Assembly: GCF_006345805.1 (NCBI RefSeq) | Contig: NC_043003.1 | Span: forward strand, 16,430,001-16,494,000 | DNA from: Octopus sinensis | Taxonomy: Eukaryota | Length of the DNA: 64,000 nt | Direction: 5' to 3' | Notes under the pieces: model-generated | The model's input: only the letters and a program-made list of their open reading frames with translations | Database searches by the model: none | Told to the model about the DNA's origin: nothing | Program-made: the position numbers and the translations under genes | Shown here: positions 51,065 through 64,000 of the stretch, one piece after another | How the letters are laid out: every line of letters begins with the position of its first letter | How positions within the stretch are numbered: position 1 is the first letter of the stretch

Positions 51065-51838
51065 TATGTATGTATGTGCATACATACATACACTTTCGAA
51101 AGTGATACGAGTATGCGACATTGCTAAACCGCAACTGTGGTGAAGTGCAGTATACTATGTTATTCTTGATATCACTCCTCCAGGCGATGTTATTTCACCT
51201 TGGCGCTGAAGTATATTGTGTTTTTTTAACACTATACGTCTTTAAAAGGATTTTTACAGGACGGACGAAAGACTGCAGCTTCTGGCGTTTAAGCAGCACG
51301 CACCATTCAGCATGTTGTATTGATAACATCATAATACATATCTGTGTGGTGTCTATGTATACATTTAAATATCTTTTATCTTTGATCTTTTAGTCGTTTC
51401 ACTCATTCAGACCGTAGCCATTCTGGGGCAACACCTTGAAAAATTTTAGTCGAACGCATCGGCCCCTGGTGTTTATTCTATCGGATCCTTTTTGCCGAAC
51501 CGCTAAGATATGGGGGCGTAAATACACGAACACCGGTTACCGATCGGTGGGAGGTGGGGGAAACATAGACTTAAAGACACACACTCACGCACACACACAC
51601 ACACCACACACACACACGCGCACACACACACACACACCACACACACACACACACACACCACCACCAAAATCTACAAGTTTTTTTTCATTCTCTCTGTTTA
51701 TTTTCTCTTATTTCTTTCTGTTGAAGAGCGTAGGCACGAAACGTAAAAGACTTTTTCCTTTTCCCGACCGTCAATCCAATACACTTGCTTGTTGTTCATA
51801 CACCTGTCTTCGTCTTTTGTTTTTCTATGAATTTCAAC

Positions 51839-51881
<43 letters not shown>

Positions 51882-52248
51882 TGGAAGGTTTGGAGATGAT
51901 GTACAGGTATTTTATATTAGAAGAAATGGGGTACTCAGAAATTCGGATGGTTTTATATTTACAGATATTTATTTGTATATTACATGTTTTTATACCTCCC
52001 ATTCTAGTGGGGTTTTCAAATCAAACTAAGTTTCTGTGTGAAAAGTTTTGACCATTTTATAGTGTTTTCGAGTTTGTAGTGGTGGGGAGGAATATAAGAG
52101 AGTACAAGAGGGTGATGGATGAGGAGAAAGTGAGGGAGAGCATGTGTGTGTGTGTTTTTGTATTTGGAATGAGTGCTAAAGAAAAAGAGGGGAAGAAGAA
52201 GGAAAAATTTTTTATAATTTTTTTGCTCTGCTGGACAGGATGCTTACT

Positions 52249-52250
<2 letters not shown>
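49783..52250. repeat. Near-identical tandem duplication, two units of ~1.24-1.28 kb
   Basis: Unit starts at 49783 and 51064, ends at 51010 and 52250; differences essentially confined to microsatellite and homopolymer lengths; each unit contains a decayed SINE A 3' half. Confidence 0.95.
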
Positions 52251-52296
<46 letters not shown>

Positions 52297-52309
52297 GTAT
52301 GTATATAAC

Positions 52310-52710
52310 ACCTTATTTTCCTGTCTCCTGACATTCAACCATTTTGTAGCCGCAAGGCTTCCACTTAATCTAACTTGTCCTTTTAGACAAAAAACACCTG
52401 TTGTTATTCTTGTTGTTTGTATTTATAATCGTGTAACATATTCTCCGTTTTCTCATTTTTGTTGTCCGTGTTGTCGCAGATATTCGCTTGCTTTCTTCCA
52501 AAAATTTAATGCCCTTATCTTAGATTTTTGGGGCCTACCAATTTTGAACAGTCACAAGTGTAACAGGCTGAAACTGCAATGATGATTGGAACCTTGACTA
52601 ATGAATAGAAAGCCACGAATATTCCGTCCTGGTTTTCCTTTCCGTCCTTGTATCGTCCATCTGTCCATATGTTTTCACTGTCGTCCGTTACGTTCTTGTT
52701 CCGTATATAT
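52310..52710 (+). repeat. Second copy of the unclassified (TA)n-adjacent repeat
   Basis: Diverged homologue of 27990-28560; flanked by (TA)n on both sides. Confidence 0.55.
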
Positions 52711-52711
52711 A

Positions 52712-52806
<95 letters not shown>

Positions 52807-53315
52807 CATACATACATACATGCATACATACATACATACATACATACATACATACATACATACATACATGCAGACATATATATATATATAAATAAGTAGT
52901 TTTAGAGACAGAACCACCCCAGTTCAATCACCACTGAAAGATATTATTCCCGACCGAGCCATAAAATATTAGATATGATACTTACTATATCTATTCAGAG
53001 TCCCATACTTTCCATTTTAAAGATAACACGTGTTTCATGACAGTATGTCGGTATTGTTGAGATATAAAGTCTCTAGTTTCAATACTCAATTAGATCGACG
53101 TACTCCCAATCTTCAGGTCTGGATTCTACACATTTATTACCCTATATACATCCTATATAACTCTATGATAATTGAAATTATTTGAGTAAAAATCGTTAAC
53201 ATAATTTTACTTTACAAATTTATGAATGAAAATAAAAATAAAATAAACGAATGAACCTTCAAAATTTACGGAATAAAAGAGGATAAAAATGCAAATGAAA
53301 AATATGAATAAAAAG

Positions 53316-53352
<37 letters not shown>

Positions 53353-53354
53353 CA

Positions 53355-53505
53355 CGGCGAGCTTTTTTCAGTTTCCGTCAACTAAATCCCATTCTCAAGT
53401 CTTAGGTCGGACCGAGGCTATAGTAGAAGATACTTGCGCAAGGTGCTACGCAGTGAAACTGAACCCGGAACCATGTGGTGAGGAAGAAAAATGCTTACCA
53501 CACGC
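53355..53505 (-). mobile_element. SINE family A, 5' half
   Basis: TTCAGTTTCCGTC...GAGGCTATAGTAGAAGA...GAACCCGGAACCATGTGG. Confidence 0.85.
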
Positions 53506-56500
53506 TTCCTCCCACCACCACACACAGATTGTATTTTCAAATTACTCAAGTTTCATATATTGCTCTTTAAATACAACACAATTAGATTTTGAGAACGAAG
53601 AATAGTCACCATTTCTGCATTGACAGATATAAGAACCGGAGTATGATTCCACCTGAAGAATACCAACGTGATTGGAACCATTAAAATATCAATTGCCCAT
53701 TTACCGTCCTCATACTGGGTCAAAATGGAAATAATTACCTTTGATCTACATATTTTTTTTATTAGCGTCAACTGAAAATCGTTTCTGTGAATGCTAACTA
53801 ATTATGATTGGTTTGATATTTAAAGCGATCGATATAAAAAGATTTTTTTTGAAAATTGTTCTTTTTTTATGTATGCTTTTTTATATCTCTTTAATTTATC
53901 GCTGGCATATTTCCATAGGATAAAGGTAAATGACTTACGTATAATATATAATATTATTCTCGTGTCTTGAAAATTGAAGTCTGTTGGGAGATATATTCAT
54001 TTTTATTACAAAACTTATTCTGAATAATCATCAATGAATAGATCCATTGATGTAAACATCAAACAGATTATATAGCGTTAGGTTTGCTTTTCAAACTAAG
54101 CTAAGATATGAAAAAAAGTTTTTTCTCTATACCGTGTCCCATCGTCAAATATAGATTGAGAAATTAGATTAATCTCTATCAACATGGCAGCATCAAGAGT
54201 GCTTCTGAATGTTTTTGTTGAAAGGTAGGACATCCTTTACAATAATAACCAGTGGTGACGTTTGTATGCTGTACTTTATCGGAATAAATTTAAAATTGTA
54301 ATCCTATAATAAAATTGATTTTAGAATGACAGATATCGATACAAATCAAATTTTGATTGTTGAAGTAGAGTCAGAAACGATCTCTCTTAAGCATGGGTTT
54401 GTTCTAATTCTGTCATTTTCTATAATCGATTCTTCATTTTAAAAAAAATTCATGTTTTTCTTTTTCTATCATAAATGTTAGGGAGGTTAAAAAGGAAATA
54501 ACGAGTTTCTTACCGTTATGTTGTGCGTTGCAGACGGGCAGATTCAATATTTATTATCATAATAGATTTTAAGGAGGCAAACTGGCCATGTACCAAAACT
54601 TGAAACCATTATTATGAGGAATTTTCAACTTCATGAGGTATCTTTGTTTCTCTCTTGGAAATCACGGAAATTAAGAGACCGTTGCAGCTAAGCATCCTCA
54701 AAATTGCTGAATTTTCTCGGTTATACACAATGCACAAAGCGCCCCTTTTCTGTAAAAAATTAACAAACTACCGTATTTGATAGCATAAAGCAAACACAGG
54801 CATATTTGATGCACCCCAACTCAGCTTACTATGTAGTGAGCGTCAGGGACAAAATTAGTTTATGGGAGGCCCACTTTCGCATTTAAGACTCGGGGTGATA
54901 TTTGGGAGCGAGTGGGGACATTTTTGGGAAAAGACAGTGGGTCTTATATCCCATCAAATGCGATACATATTTATCAATCTACTGACGTATTCAGGAAAAA
55001 TTCCCGAAACTGTATGAACTTAATAGAATCGAAAAAGCTAAGTCAGTTTCGATTCGCAAGGGAAGCCATTTTTCTTATTTGATGTTACCAATCATTGTGT
55101 GAAGAAATGAATGCTGTTACCATCCATTTCTCCAAAGTCATAAATCCAAGAAAATACCATTTTTCGAAAAGCTACAATTTTTTTCACACTTTATGTTTTA
55201 GTGTTCTTGGGAGAATATATCTCTCTTCTTTCATACCAATGGCTCTAATTCTGGATATTGTCCAAGAAGCTTATATACAATCATTGTATTATTCCTGCTA
55301 TACACGAATTGATTTTGTAAGTATGTCTTTTAACTTGATAAACGATCGCCATATCATGTTTATGAGTTGGCACCAGATCTCATTAGTTTCTCTGTCCTTG
55401 ATTTGAAAACATTTCACGCACGCTGAAACACAAGTAACACATATTGTATATTCTAGAAACATTATTTCTACTAATAAACGTGAAACAACTGCATAGTCCT
55501 AGTAACATCGATCAACCAAGTTGTAGGTTATGAGGATTCAAACCGTACTTTTTCTTCGATTTTTCAACCGAATTGATAGGGATAAAATAACCATTTTTAT
55601 GTTTTAGAGTCAGCAGACCGGTTCTGCAACCCCCGTGGTTGCGAATTCAATCCCACTGCGTGCACTTTAAACAAGTATCTTCTGTTAGAGCTCCGGGGAC
55701 ACCAATGCTTTATGAGTAAATTTGGTAGACACAAACTGTGTAGAAACTCCGAGCTTTTCCATGCCATCTTTACTGCCCTGATGACTCAATAAAACAATAT
55801 GACGCATGTATACATTAATCTATTTACTACTCTTTTGCATTTCCAATAGTTTAATTCATCCTTACCATTCTTATTATTGTCACGGTTACACATATAGCCC
55901 CACATGTATTCTCATCATCATGGATACATCCTATGCAATCATGGATTCGCAACTGTATTCAACACCGAGCATTCTTTCATTATGTCAACTATCGTCGATA
56001 TTAACCTCTGCAAAATACCGATCCAGTTATGCGAATTTATTGCAGCACACATCACCACAGGGCAGGCCTGGACAATTACTCATAGAAATGTGAACATTAA
56101 TGAAACACAAGCACACACGCACACATTTGAATACAAAACGATTACTCGTCGTCTCATCCAAACACAAACCGAATCATATTTCAAAGACGTATCATTAACC
56201 TAATCTAATTAAAAATCGAATTCTATTTATCATTTGATTTGTTGTTAATGACTTGCACTTATTTTTAATTGTTCATTTGTTCATTCAATTATTTACAAAA
56301 GAAAATATTCTTAATTTTGACTTCAATAGTAATATACTTAATTGGGTAAATATTTCCTTGACGTTTATACAAATGTTACATTATAAAAATACAACTGCAA
56401 CTGATGTGATGAATGTCCGTTTCTGTTATTTTCTTTTAGGTCTCTGTGTGTTTTTGCGTGTTTAAATCTGTTAATGGCTTCTTTATTTATGTTGCTTAGA

Positions 56501-57817
56501 ATTATAATAATTTCCAATACAAAAATAAATAAATATGTAATGTACTTTAAATCTTATGAAAACAACGTATTCAGCATTTTCTAAACTAAACAAATTTGCT
56601 TTATCTGCAAGTGTCTCTATTCTTTGTTTCTTATCCTTTTTTTCTTTTATTTACTGAACATTGTTACATCCATTAATGTGCATGTGTTCGAACTCAAGTC
56701 AGGACGGGCGTGACTTTGTGTTCATACAGTTATCTATGAATAAAACAGAAAAAAAGCAAAGAATAATCTAACAGTAATTACCAATCAATTCGACTCAAGA
56801 AAGCTCTCAAGGTTCCCTTGATCTTACGAAAAATACAAGAATCCTGACAACGCCAAACAAACAATTCTTTTTTTGTCGTCCTAGCGGAGATAGCACCACG
56901 GAGATAGCTTCTACTCGCAGAGCTATTCACTCTCTGCAAAAAAAGAATTTCTCAGTCCTAGCCATTCTCAGAAAAGATAAAACCCTGAAGAAGTAATATT
57001 TATCAAACAATCGATCTCACTTTCAATATCACAAAGAGAGGGAAATCTGTAGAAAACATTCTCATTCGTACTGAGCTTCAATCTCTCTTTCATCTCATTC
57101 AGTGACCACCACCACGGTTTATGTGGCGCCATATTTAACAATTATCTACTTACCTACATCACATATCATCGATCCATCACTCTTTAAGATGATTGCTTTG
57201 ACTGTACTTGATACGGTAAACCTTAACCAAAAAGCTTCCGCATACGAATTTCTTACCTGACCACATAATCTCAGCACTGACATTGACGCTCTCAGTCTCA
57301 TTAAATATTGTGTAACCCAGTTCAGTTTATGTTTCCTACACTCCTTCTGGTATACATTAGAGTCCTTATCTCTGATATTCCTAACAACAGGTATTCTAAT
57401 ATGCCATCCACAATCAATATAAACAACACAAGATGTTAAATTTTCTCTGATTCCGCAAATATCAAACCAGAGAATATCCTCTGAAAGACGTATGCAAAGT
57501 CAGTCTCCCTCAACAACACTGAAACATATATGAAAGAAGCGATGTTGCAGAAAGTCACTGATTCTACCCATGAGTAACAAACCCTTAAAATTCCTGAACT
57601 CGCTGTAAATGCTAAGCTTCTTTCATGGCAGTCACTCCTCTATTTTTAAAGGTTGCGTCGTGGAAACTAAGATTCCTTGTCGATCCTAGAAACGCAGATA
57701 CTGAATAATCATTCAGTTACTGAATGATCCTCAATGAAGTTTATGGACCACCAAAGTTGATGTATCACTCATATCTGGTTTGTTCTGCTAGTGCTGCCGC
57801 TGTTGAATTTGTTGCTG

Positions 57818-57879
57818 TTGCTTACCAACCACATGTGGTTCGTAAGCAAGCTACTTACCACACAGCCACTCCTACGCCT
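57818..57879 (-). mobile_element. SINE family A head fragment with snap-back palindrome
   Basis: GCAAGCTACTTACCACACAGCCACTCCTACGCC head; 57818-57849 self-complementary. Confidence 0.8.
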
Positions 57880-58525
57880 ATATCAGTATGTGTATATAAT
57901 TGCTTGTTGGATAAGGTGAAAAAGTGAGTATATAGTGCGTTTGTGTATGTTGACTGTTAGTCTGTGATCGAAACACTATAAGGGAAGAACATTTAAGCTT
58001 CATATTGATTGAGAGGAACAGTTACAGTATGCGATGACATGTAACATGTTTCCTTCTCTTTTTACAAAAAATATCTAAAAAAAAACAAACCCTAATACTC
58101 CCGGGTCCTGTGCACAAAGTTGGGTCTACCATAAGATTTTGTGCACTAAACCTATTTATTCTGAATAAGCGCTGCTGAAATTTGTGTCTACTTTTACTCG
58201 TGCATATTCTATGTCATCAAATGCGGTATTTTGAAATTGGTGGCGTGAGTAATTTAGTAAATACAAATTCAAAACTCATATCTATGATCTAAATTCAGCC
58301 AAACATTAAAAACGAAGAGTCCGTTTGAACAAAATAGCTAAACTGACATAATTTTCAATGTCTTTGGATCTCATTTGAGTAGTTTTTTGGCAAGATGTCT
58401 CCATATCGCCAAAGCAACGTCATTTTTTAGCTATGGATGATAACAAAATACTTTGAGCATTTACCAGGGCTGCTATTACAACAAGATTTAAACAGCTTTT
58501 ATTTTAGAAAGAAAAATCTTTGTTA

Positions 58526-59800
58526 TCAGGTCATCCCATAAGTTCTGTCTGATTTTACCATTTTTAAAATTGAATGAAATTTAATAGTATTTTAGACTGT
58601 CTAATGGAATTAAAATATATTTTTATGCATTTGCGCACATTTAAATTAATTAAATATTATTTTACAGAATAGTAGAATTAAAATTTCTTTGATTAAAACC
58701 CTTTCAAACATGGAAGTATCCAAAGAGCATTTGAGGTACATATTGCTTTATGAGTACAAAAAAGGAAACTCTGCAGCCGAAGCGACTCGAAACATACACT
58801 CAATTTATAGGAAAGAATGCTTGAATGAAAGAACTTGTAGAAGATGGTTTGCAAAATTCAGAAGTGGAGGTTTCAGCTTTGAAGATGAAGATCGAACAGT
58901 TGAGTTTGATGATAAGCTCCTTGAGGCATTACTTGAAGAAAATCCTGCATTATCAGTTGAAGAATTGGCAGTAAATTTTAGCTCAAACCATACAACTGTT
59001 CATCGTCATCTTTAACAACTTGGAAAGGTTCCTAACCTTGGAAAATTGGTGCCTCATGAATTGTCCGAAAGCAACCGCAAATCCTGAGTTGACATTTGCT
59101 CTTCTCTCCATTCTCGCGAACTCATTTCACCCTTTTCGGATAGACTTGTGACTGGTGACGAAAAATGGATCTTCTATCGAAATATTAAATGTCGTAAACA
59201 GTGGCTTAGTAAAAAGGAAAAATCTCAACCACAACACAGAAGAGAACTTCATGGAAAAAGTTTCTTCTCTCTATCTGTAGGAATTGCAAAGGAGTTATTC
59301 ACTTTGAATTGTTACCCCTTAATGCAACAATCAATGCTCAAGTCTACTGTCAGCAATTAGAGCGTTTGAACCAAGCTTTGAAGGAAAAAAGACCCGCTTT
59401 AGTGAATCGAAAAGGAATGATGTTTCATCAGGACAATGCGTGACCCCACACTGCAAAGAGCACATCACAGAAAATCGAAGAGCTTGGTTGTGAAAAATTC
59501 CTAATCTACCTTATTCTCCCGACCTTGCTCCTTCAGACTACCATTTGTTTCGTAGTTTACAGAATCATTTGGGGAACATAACTTTCGCAAGCCAGGAGGA
59601 GGTCGAAACTGACATCTCAGACTTCTTCGCTTTGAAACCAAGAGTTTTACATTGATGGTATTATAAAACTTGTAAACAGATGGAAGGAAGTCATAGATAA
59701 TCAGGGAAAGTATATTGATGATTAAATTTCAGTTAAATATAATATTTGATTACTTGTTTTCTTTATTCAAAGTTCGGAGAGAACTTATGGGTTGACCTGA
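58526..59800 (+). mobile_element. Full-length (1275 bp) degenerate mariner with TA TSDs
   Basis: TIRs TCAGGTCATCCCATAAGTTC / GAACTTATGGGTTGACCTGA; transposase 58710-59725: WFAKFRSG, LVPHELS, VTGDEKWIFY, FHQDNA*PH, PDLAPSDYHLFRSL; several stops and frameshifts. Confidence 0.95.
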
Positions 59801-60131
59801 TAGATTAAGGAATGCATTGTGACATAGGCTTCATGTAATATGTAATATAAGTTAAACATATAAAATCTTCCGTTCCTCGTCGTCTTCCCAGAGAAGTTGT
59901 TAAAGGATTAATGGAATCACTATGCAAAGACTACTTCAGATAATCGATTCTGAAAGATCGATCTATAAAGACAGGTGGAGGTGGGGCGAAAGAATGTTTC
60001 TTTATTTATTGATCCTGGAAAGACAAAAAATTTAAGATGGCTTTGGCGGTATATGGACTTTGAAAGTAGAGAGCTAGATAATAGACAATACATTCTATTT
60101 GACATTCTAAAGACTATGCCAGTTCGTCTGC

Positions 60132-60167
<36 letters not shown>

Positions 60168-61865
60168 TAAGAGAGTGCGGGAGAGAGAGAGAGGGAGAGA
60201 GCGACATAACTAAAGGAATAACCATTGGAATATGCATTTAAATAACCATACAATAATATGGTACTGTTAATCTATTACTAATTCACCTTGCTGTGCATGA
60301 ATATCGCTAAATCTATTTAAATGCAGCCATATATTTCGGAAGAGAAAACTTTACAATAGAATAAAACAAAGATACTTTTATTCCCTGTTGCGAAATTACG
60401 TGTGTATGCTTGTATATATGTTTTTTTTTTAATGAATGTATATCTGTATGCATCTATGTTCTCAGTTAAAATGGAAAACCTTAAGAAAAACAAAACGATA
60501 AAAACGATACGACTGAAAGATAAGAATGAAAACTGAAAAAAGAATTAAAAGACCAAAAGTAAGAAATGAAGGATCAGAATCGAAAAGAATTGTTTTCCCA
60601 GCTTCTTTCGTACTCTCTTTTCAACTGCAAAGACGATGCTTGTCAACATGATCTCAACATCTTGAAACCTTATAAAACAGCACCATTATTACAACTACTA
60701 TTAGTCACAGTAGATCGTTTCCTTCTCATTTAAATATTTATATTTTTATCTTATTTTCCTTAGTCGTCCAACACGAACACGAAACGAAATGATAAATCTA
60801 ATTTTGAGTGCAGCTTTGCCAATTCCGTTGTGTTTTATTCGACATCAGTGTTCTTGTTCCGGATATGGGGTTATTTAACGAAATGTATTGATGATATATG
60901 GAAGTGATTTAAGTGTTTTAAAACTAACTAACTGTGTGCATAAGTATTGCTGCGTTTCCGATTAGATTAATTTACTGGTTGCTATGTATATACACTTTGG
61001 ATACATCTTCCGTTCTCTAAATTGTCTTATATTGCAGCTAAATTGTTTTAGTAATTGCAAGAATTGGTCAGACTTAATCATAAATCCATATATTCATTTA
61101 TCATTCCTGTTGAGAGCGGAGTTTACTTTTTGACGAAAGTGTATTACTGCAAACTGTTTAGCTACATCAATTTCTATGACTTAACTAACACAGTAGATTC
61201 CAACATGAAAATGAATATTTAATATAGCTTCACTATTTCCGTGCAGAATCTTAATATGCAATAAAACAACCTACAGGTGCATCTATTGATTTTACATTGA
61301 TCATAAAGGGGTTATCTTGTAACGAGAAGTAAAATTCTTATCTAAGAAAAAAGATTTGGTGCCTTTGGAAGTGAAACTGTCTCATTTAGCTATACAATGT
61401 TTTATATTAAAGCAGAGATTTGACATTTCATTTTTTTCTTAACTAATAAGCCTGCTGTAGCTAATGGGAAAGTAGGTAATAAACATTTAATATGCCCTCA
61501 CTTTTTTCAAATATTTTCTTTTTGAATAAGTGCATGTGGCTGCAGTTCAACAAAGTCAGGTTTCACATTTGATATGATCCTATCAGACAGGGGAAAAAAA
61601 ACTATATTTTTGCCAATTCTGCACATGACGTAAGTGTAAATTGTTACCTGATAGGAGCAGTATGATTAATGGGTATATTAAATGAATTATTCAACACTGT
61701 TAAGAAGTGAATATTTCAGTTACATATAACATCTCACTTTATACAAAAATTTCAACAAAACACAAAACCAAAAGAAAACATGTTGTATTTAGCACAGCTT
61801 ATCCAGATTACATTAAACTCACCGTTCGAATCTCTCAGATTCGTTGCTGCAAGTTTTTATGCCAG

Positions 61866-61937
61866 TCCTCAGTAGTATCGTGGTAAGTATCTCCGCCTGG
61901 CATGCGGGGGATCAAGGTTCGATCCTCTTCCGTGGAG
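61866..61937 (+). pseudogene. tRNA-Asp-derived pseudogene with anticodon altered to GGC
   Basis: 72 nt colinear with eukaryotic tRNA-Asp(GTC) TCCTCGTTAGTATAGTGG...GGTTCGATTCCCCGACGGGGAG; anticodon stem TCCGC/GCGGG intact, acceptor and T stems mispaired; A/B boxes recognisable. Confidence 0.82.
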
Positions 61938-62317
61938 GCTCATTATTTTAAATAGCGGTACCCCAGCATGGTCACAGCCTTTGAGCTGGAACATATGAAG
62001 AGACAAAGGAATATTTTAAAAGCAAGATAATTTACAACTTTCTATTCTAGAGCTACAAATATTGATATGATGCAACAGAGAAGCTATATATATATTTTTT
62101 TTCTCTAGTTTCAGCTCAGAGCTGCGGCCATGCTGATGCACCACATAATATATAATATATATATAATATCATATATATATAATCTTAAATGTTCATATCG
62201 CGGTTTTTTGAGTCGGGGTCTTGACTGCTATTTCGGCATGGTGGTATCTCTCAGATACCCTTATTTATAGTTTTATATAATATCTTATATATATATATAT
62301 CTTATATATATATATAT

Positions 62318-62407
<90 letters not shown>

Positions 62408-62490
62408 ACAATATATATATACATATACATATTTTATATATATATATATAACACATAATAACATGTATGCTATATCTATTTCATACTCAA

Positions 62491-62527
<37 letters not shown>

Positions 62528-63209
62528 TATATATATAACATACTGACATGTATGCTATATCTATTTCATATTCAATATTTATTTCATATATATGTTGCAC
62601 TGACTGATGATGGACCACAACGGTTGAGTAGATAATGTTACCTTTACGCTGTGTAATGAACGATAGTTCAAACTACATGTTCTTATAACCCTTTTTCTAG
62701 TCAAGCTTGTTAACAGAAGTCAATATATTTAATCACCCATTGAAGGATAGTATGCATTAACATTTAATTGTTTCACACCGGAGTTTTTGTCTAAGGTACT
62801 TTCAAGTGAGTATATATTAGTATAAAATTCTGTGTTACCTTTGAAGTTTTTAACTTACCCATAATCTTCAAAGTCTAAATTCTATTATTTCTACAGTTTC
62901 AAAATTTATAAAACTATGTAATTGTTTAATATGTTTTTCATTCCTTTACGAATTCAGAGCAATTATTCAAGGCTCACCAAAATGACGACAGAAATAAATT
63001 GGTCCAAAAATTTAGATTTCTCTTTTCAAAAAACAAACTCTTAAGCTTATATATTCGTTTTGCAAGATTCTTGATGCGAAATCGTGTGTTGAAACAGATA
63101 TTATATTTAGGGATGGTCATGTTGCCAGTTTAGCCAATAAAACACACGCACTATATATTTGGTGTTAATTTGCTTCAGCTTTATTTTATTTTTACATTAA
63201 TCGTATTTC

Positions 63210-63253
63210 GACCAGAGTTCTTTCGTCACACTTCTGTGACCTCATCGGTGGTC
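63210..63253 (-). ncRNA. Minimal hammerhead-like motif, variant core (probably decayed)
   Basis: Minus strand: GACCA | CCGATGA | G GTCAC AGAAGT GTGAC | GAAA | GAAC | TC | TGGTC; stems I and II perfect; U4C change and an unpaired G. Confidence 0.6.
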
Positions 63254-64000
63254 CTTTGCTTTCTCCTTTCTTATTTGTGTCTTTCCTTACTACCGATCAG
63301 CCATTTTGTATTTTGTATTCCTATTGTGTATATCTTTATTTGCGCATGCGTATACCCCTATGTGTGTCTATGTTTAGTAAGTGCGTGTGTTTGTGTGTGT
63401 GTGTGTGGGGGGGGGAGTGCCTGTATTATCTGTATCCCCTGTTTATACATGTTTGTTTAATTTGTTTTTATTTATTTTGTTAATGTATATAGTTATTTAA
63501 TTCCATTCGTTTATCTGTGTATTGTGTTATTTATATTGTTATCAGTTTATGGGGATCTTATTCTGTCATATGACAGAATACAACAAAATACAATAAAATC
63601 TTAAGCCTCAGTAACATATGCTTTATAAAGCTTAGAAAGTGAAAGTAAACGTGTTTTAGAGGGAGACAATAATAATATTTTGTATTTCATATCAACAAAA
63701 AAGAGAAAGAAAAGAAACACAGAAAGCTTTAAAATCTTGATTTACAGTTGAATTATTAAAGAAAGCGTAAATTTTCCTTGCTACCAATTAAGTAACAGGT
63801 GCAAGTTTATCAGAAACCTGTTGAACTGCGTTGTGATAAACACATGTAACTAAAGCAACTTATATCTTTTACTTTAGTATTCAGAAGATTTTTTAATTTA
63901 TAAAAAATATTTTCCTGACCTTTATGGTAGATTCAACTAAAATTTAAATTAGTATTTTCTCTTCCAAATGATATAATTTTTTTTAGTTATTTTGATATTG

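Noticed and set aside
53627-53684. Possible terminal exon YKNRSMIPPEEYQRDWNH* followed by long repeat-poor AT-rich sequence
   Set aside because: Single moderate acceptor, no homology recognised, not linkable to other candidates
55770-57700. CTGATGA at ~55780 and weak LINE/PLE-like words at 55840-56100 and 56850-57700
   Set aside because: No GAAA partner and no colinear motif series; cannot classify
61585-61630. TGEKKLYFCQFC resembling a C2H2 zinc-finger linker
   Set aside because: Single partial unit, immediate stop, no His pair

Overview
AT-rich, extremely microsatellite-dense eukaryotic genomic DNA. The SINE families, simple-repeat load and element mix look like a coleoid cephalopod, probably Octopus (inference from recognised repeat types, not a database hit). 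I cannot support any intact host protein-coding gene. Nearly all long ORFs in the track are translations of microsatellites or pieces of dead transposons. Content: (i) about 30 copies or fragments of 3-4 tRNA-derived SINE families; (ii) non-LTR retrotransposon relics: two L1/Tx1-type pieces, one RTE piece, five R4/Dong-type (RLE endonuclease) pieces, four of them 3' ends abutting (AAT)n arrays; (iii) Penelope-like elements (PLEs), including a ~3.5 kb element bounded by (TA)n, interrupted by an R4/Dong copy, with a fold-back at its 5' end and a well-formed hammerhead ribozyme in its 3' region; (iv) two full-length degenerate mariners, a partial Tc1, mariner-derived short elements and a 433-bp MITE with 30-bp TIRs, an 8-bp TSD and internal TTAGGG repeats; (v) a tRNA-Asp-derived pseudogene with a GGC anticodon; (vi) a ~1.25 kb near-identical tandem duplication and several long near-perfect hairpins. 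The most interesting signal is the ribozyme-bearing PLE and fold-back system together with the (AAT)n-targeted R4/Dong stack. A few isolated exon-like segments on the + strand are flagged at low confidence.
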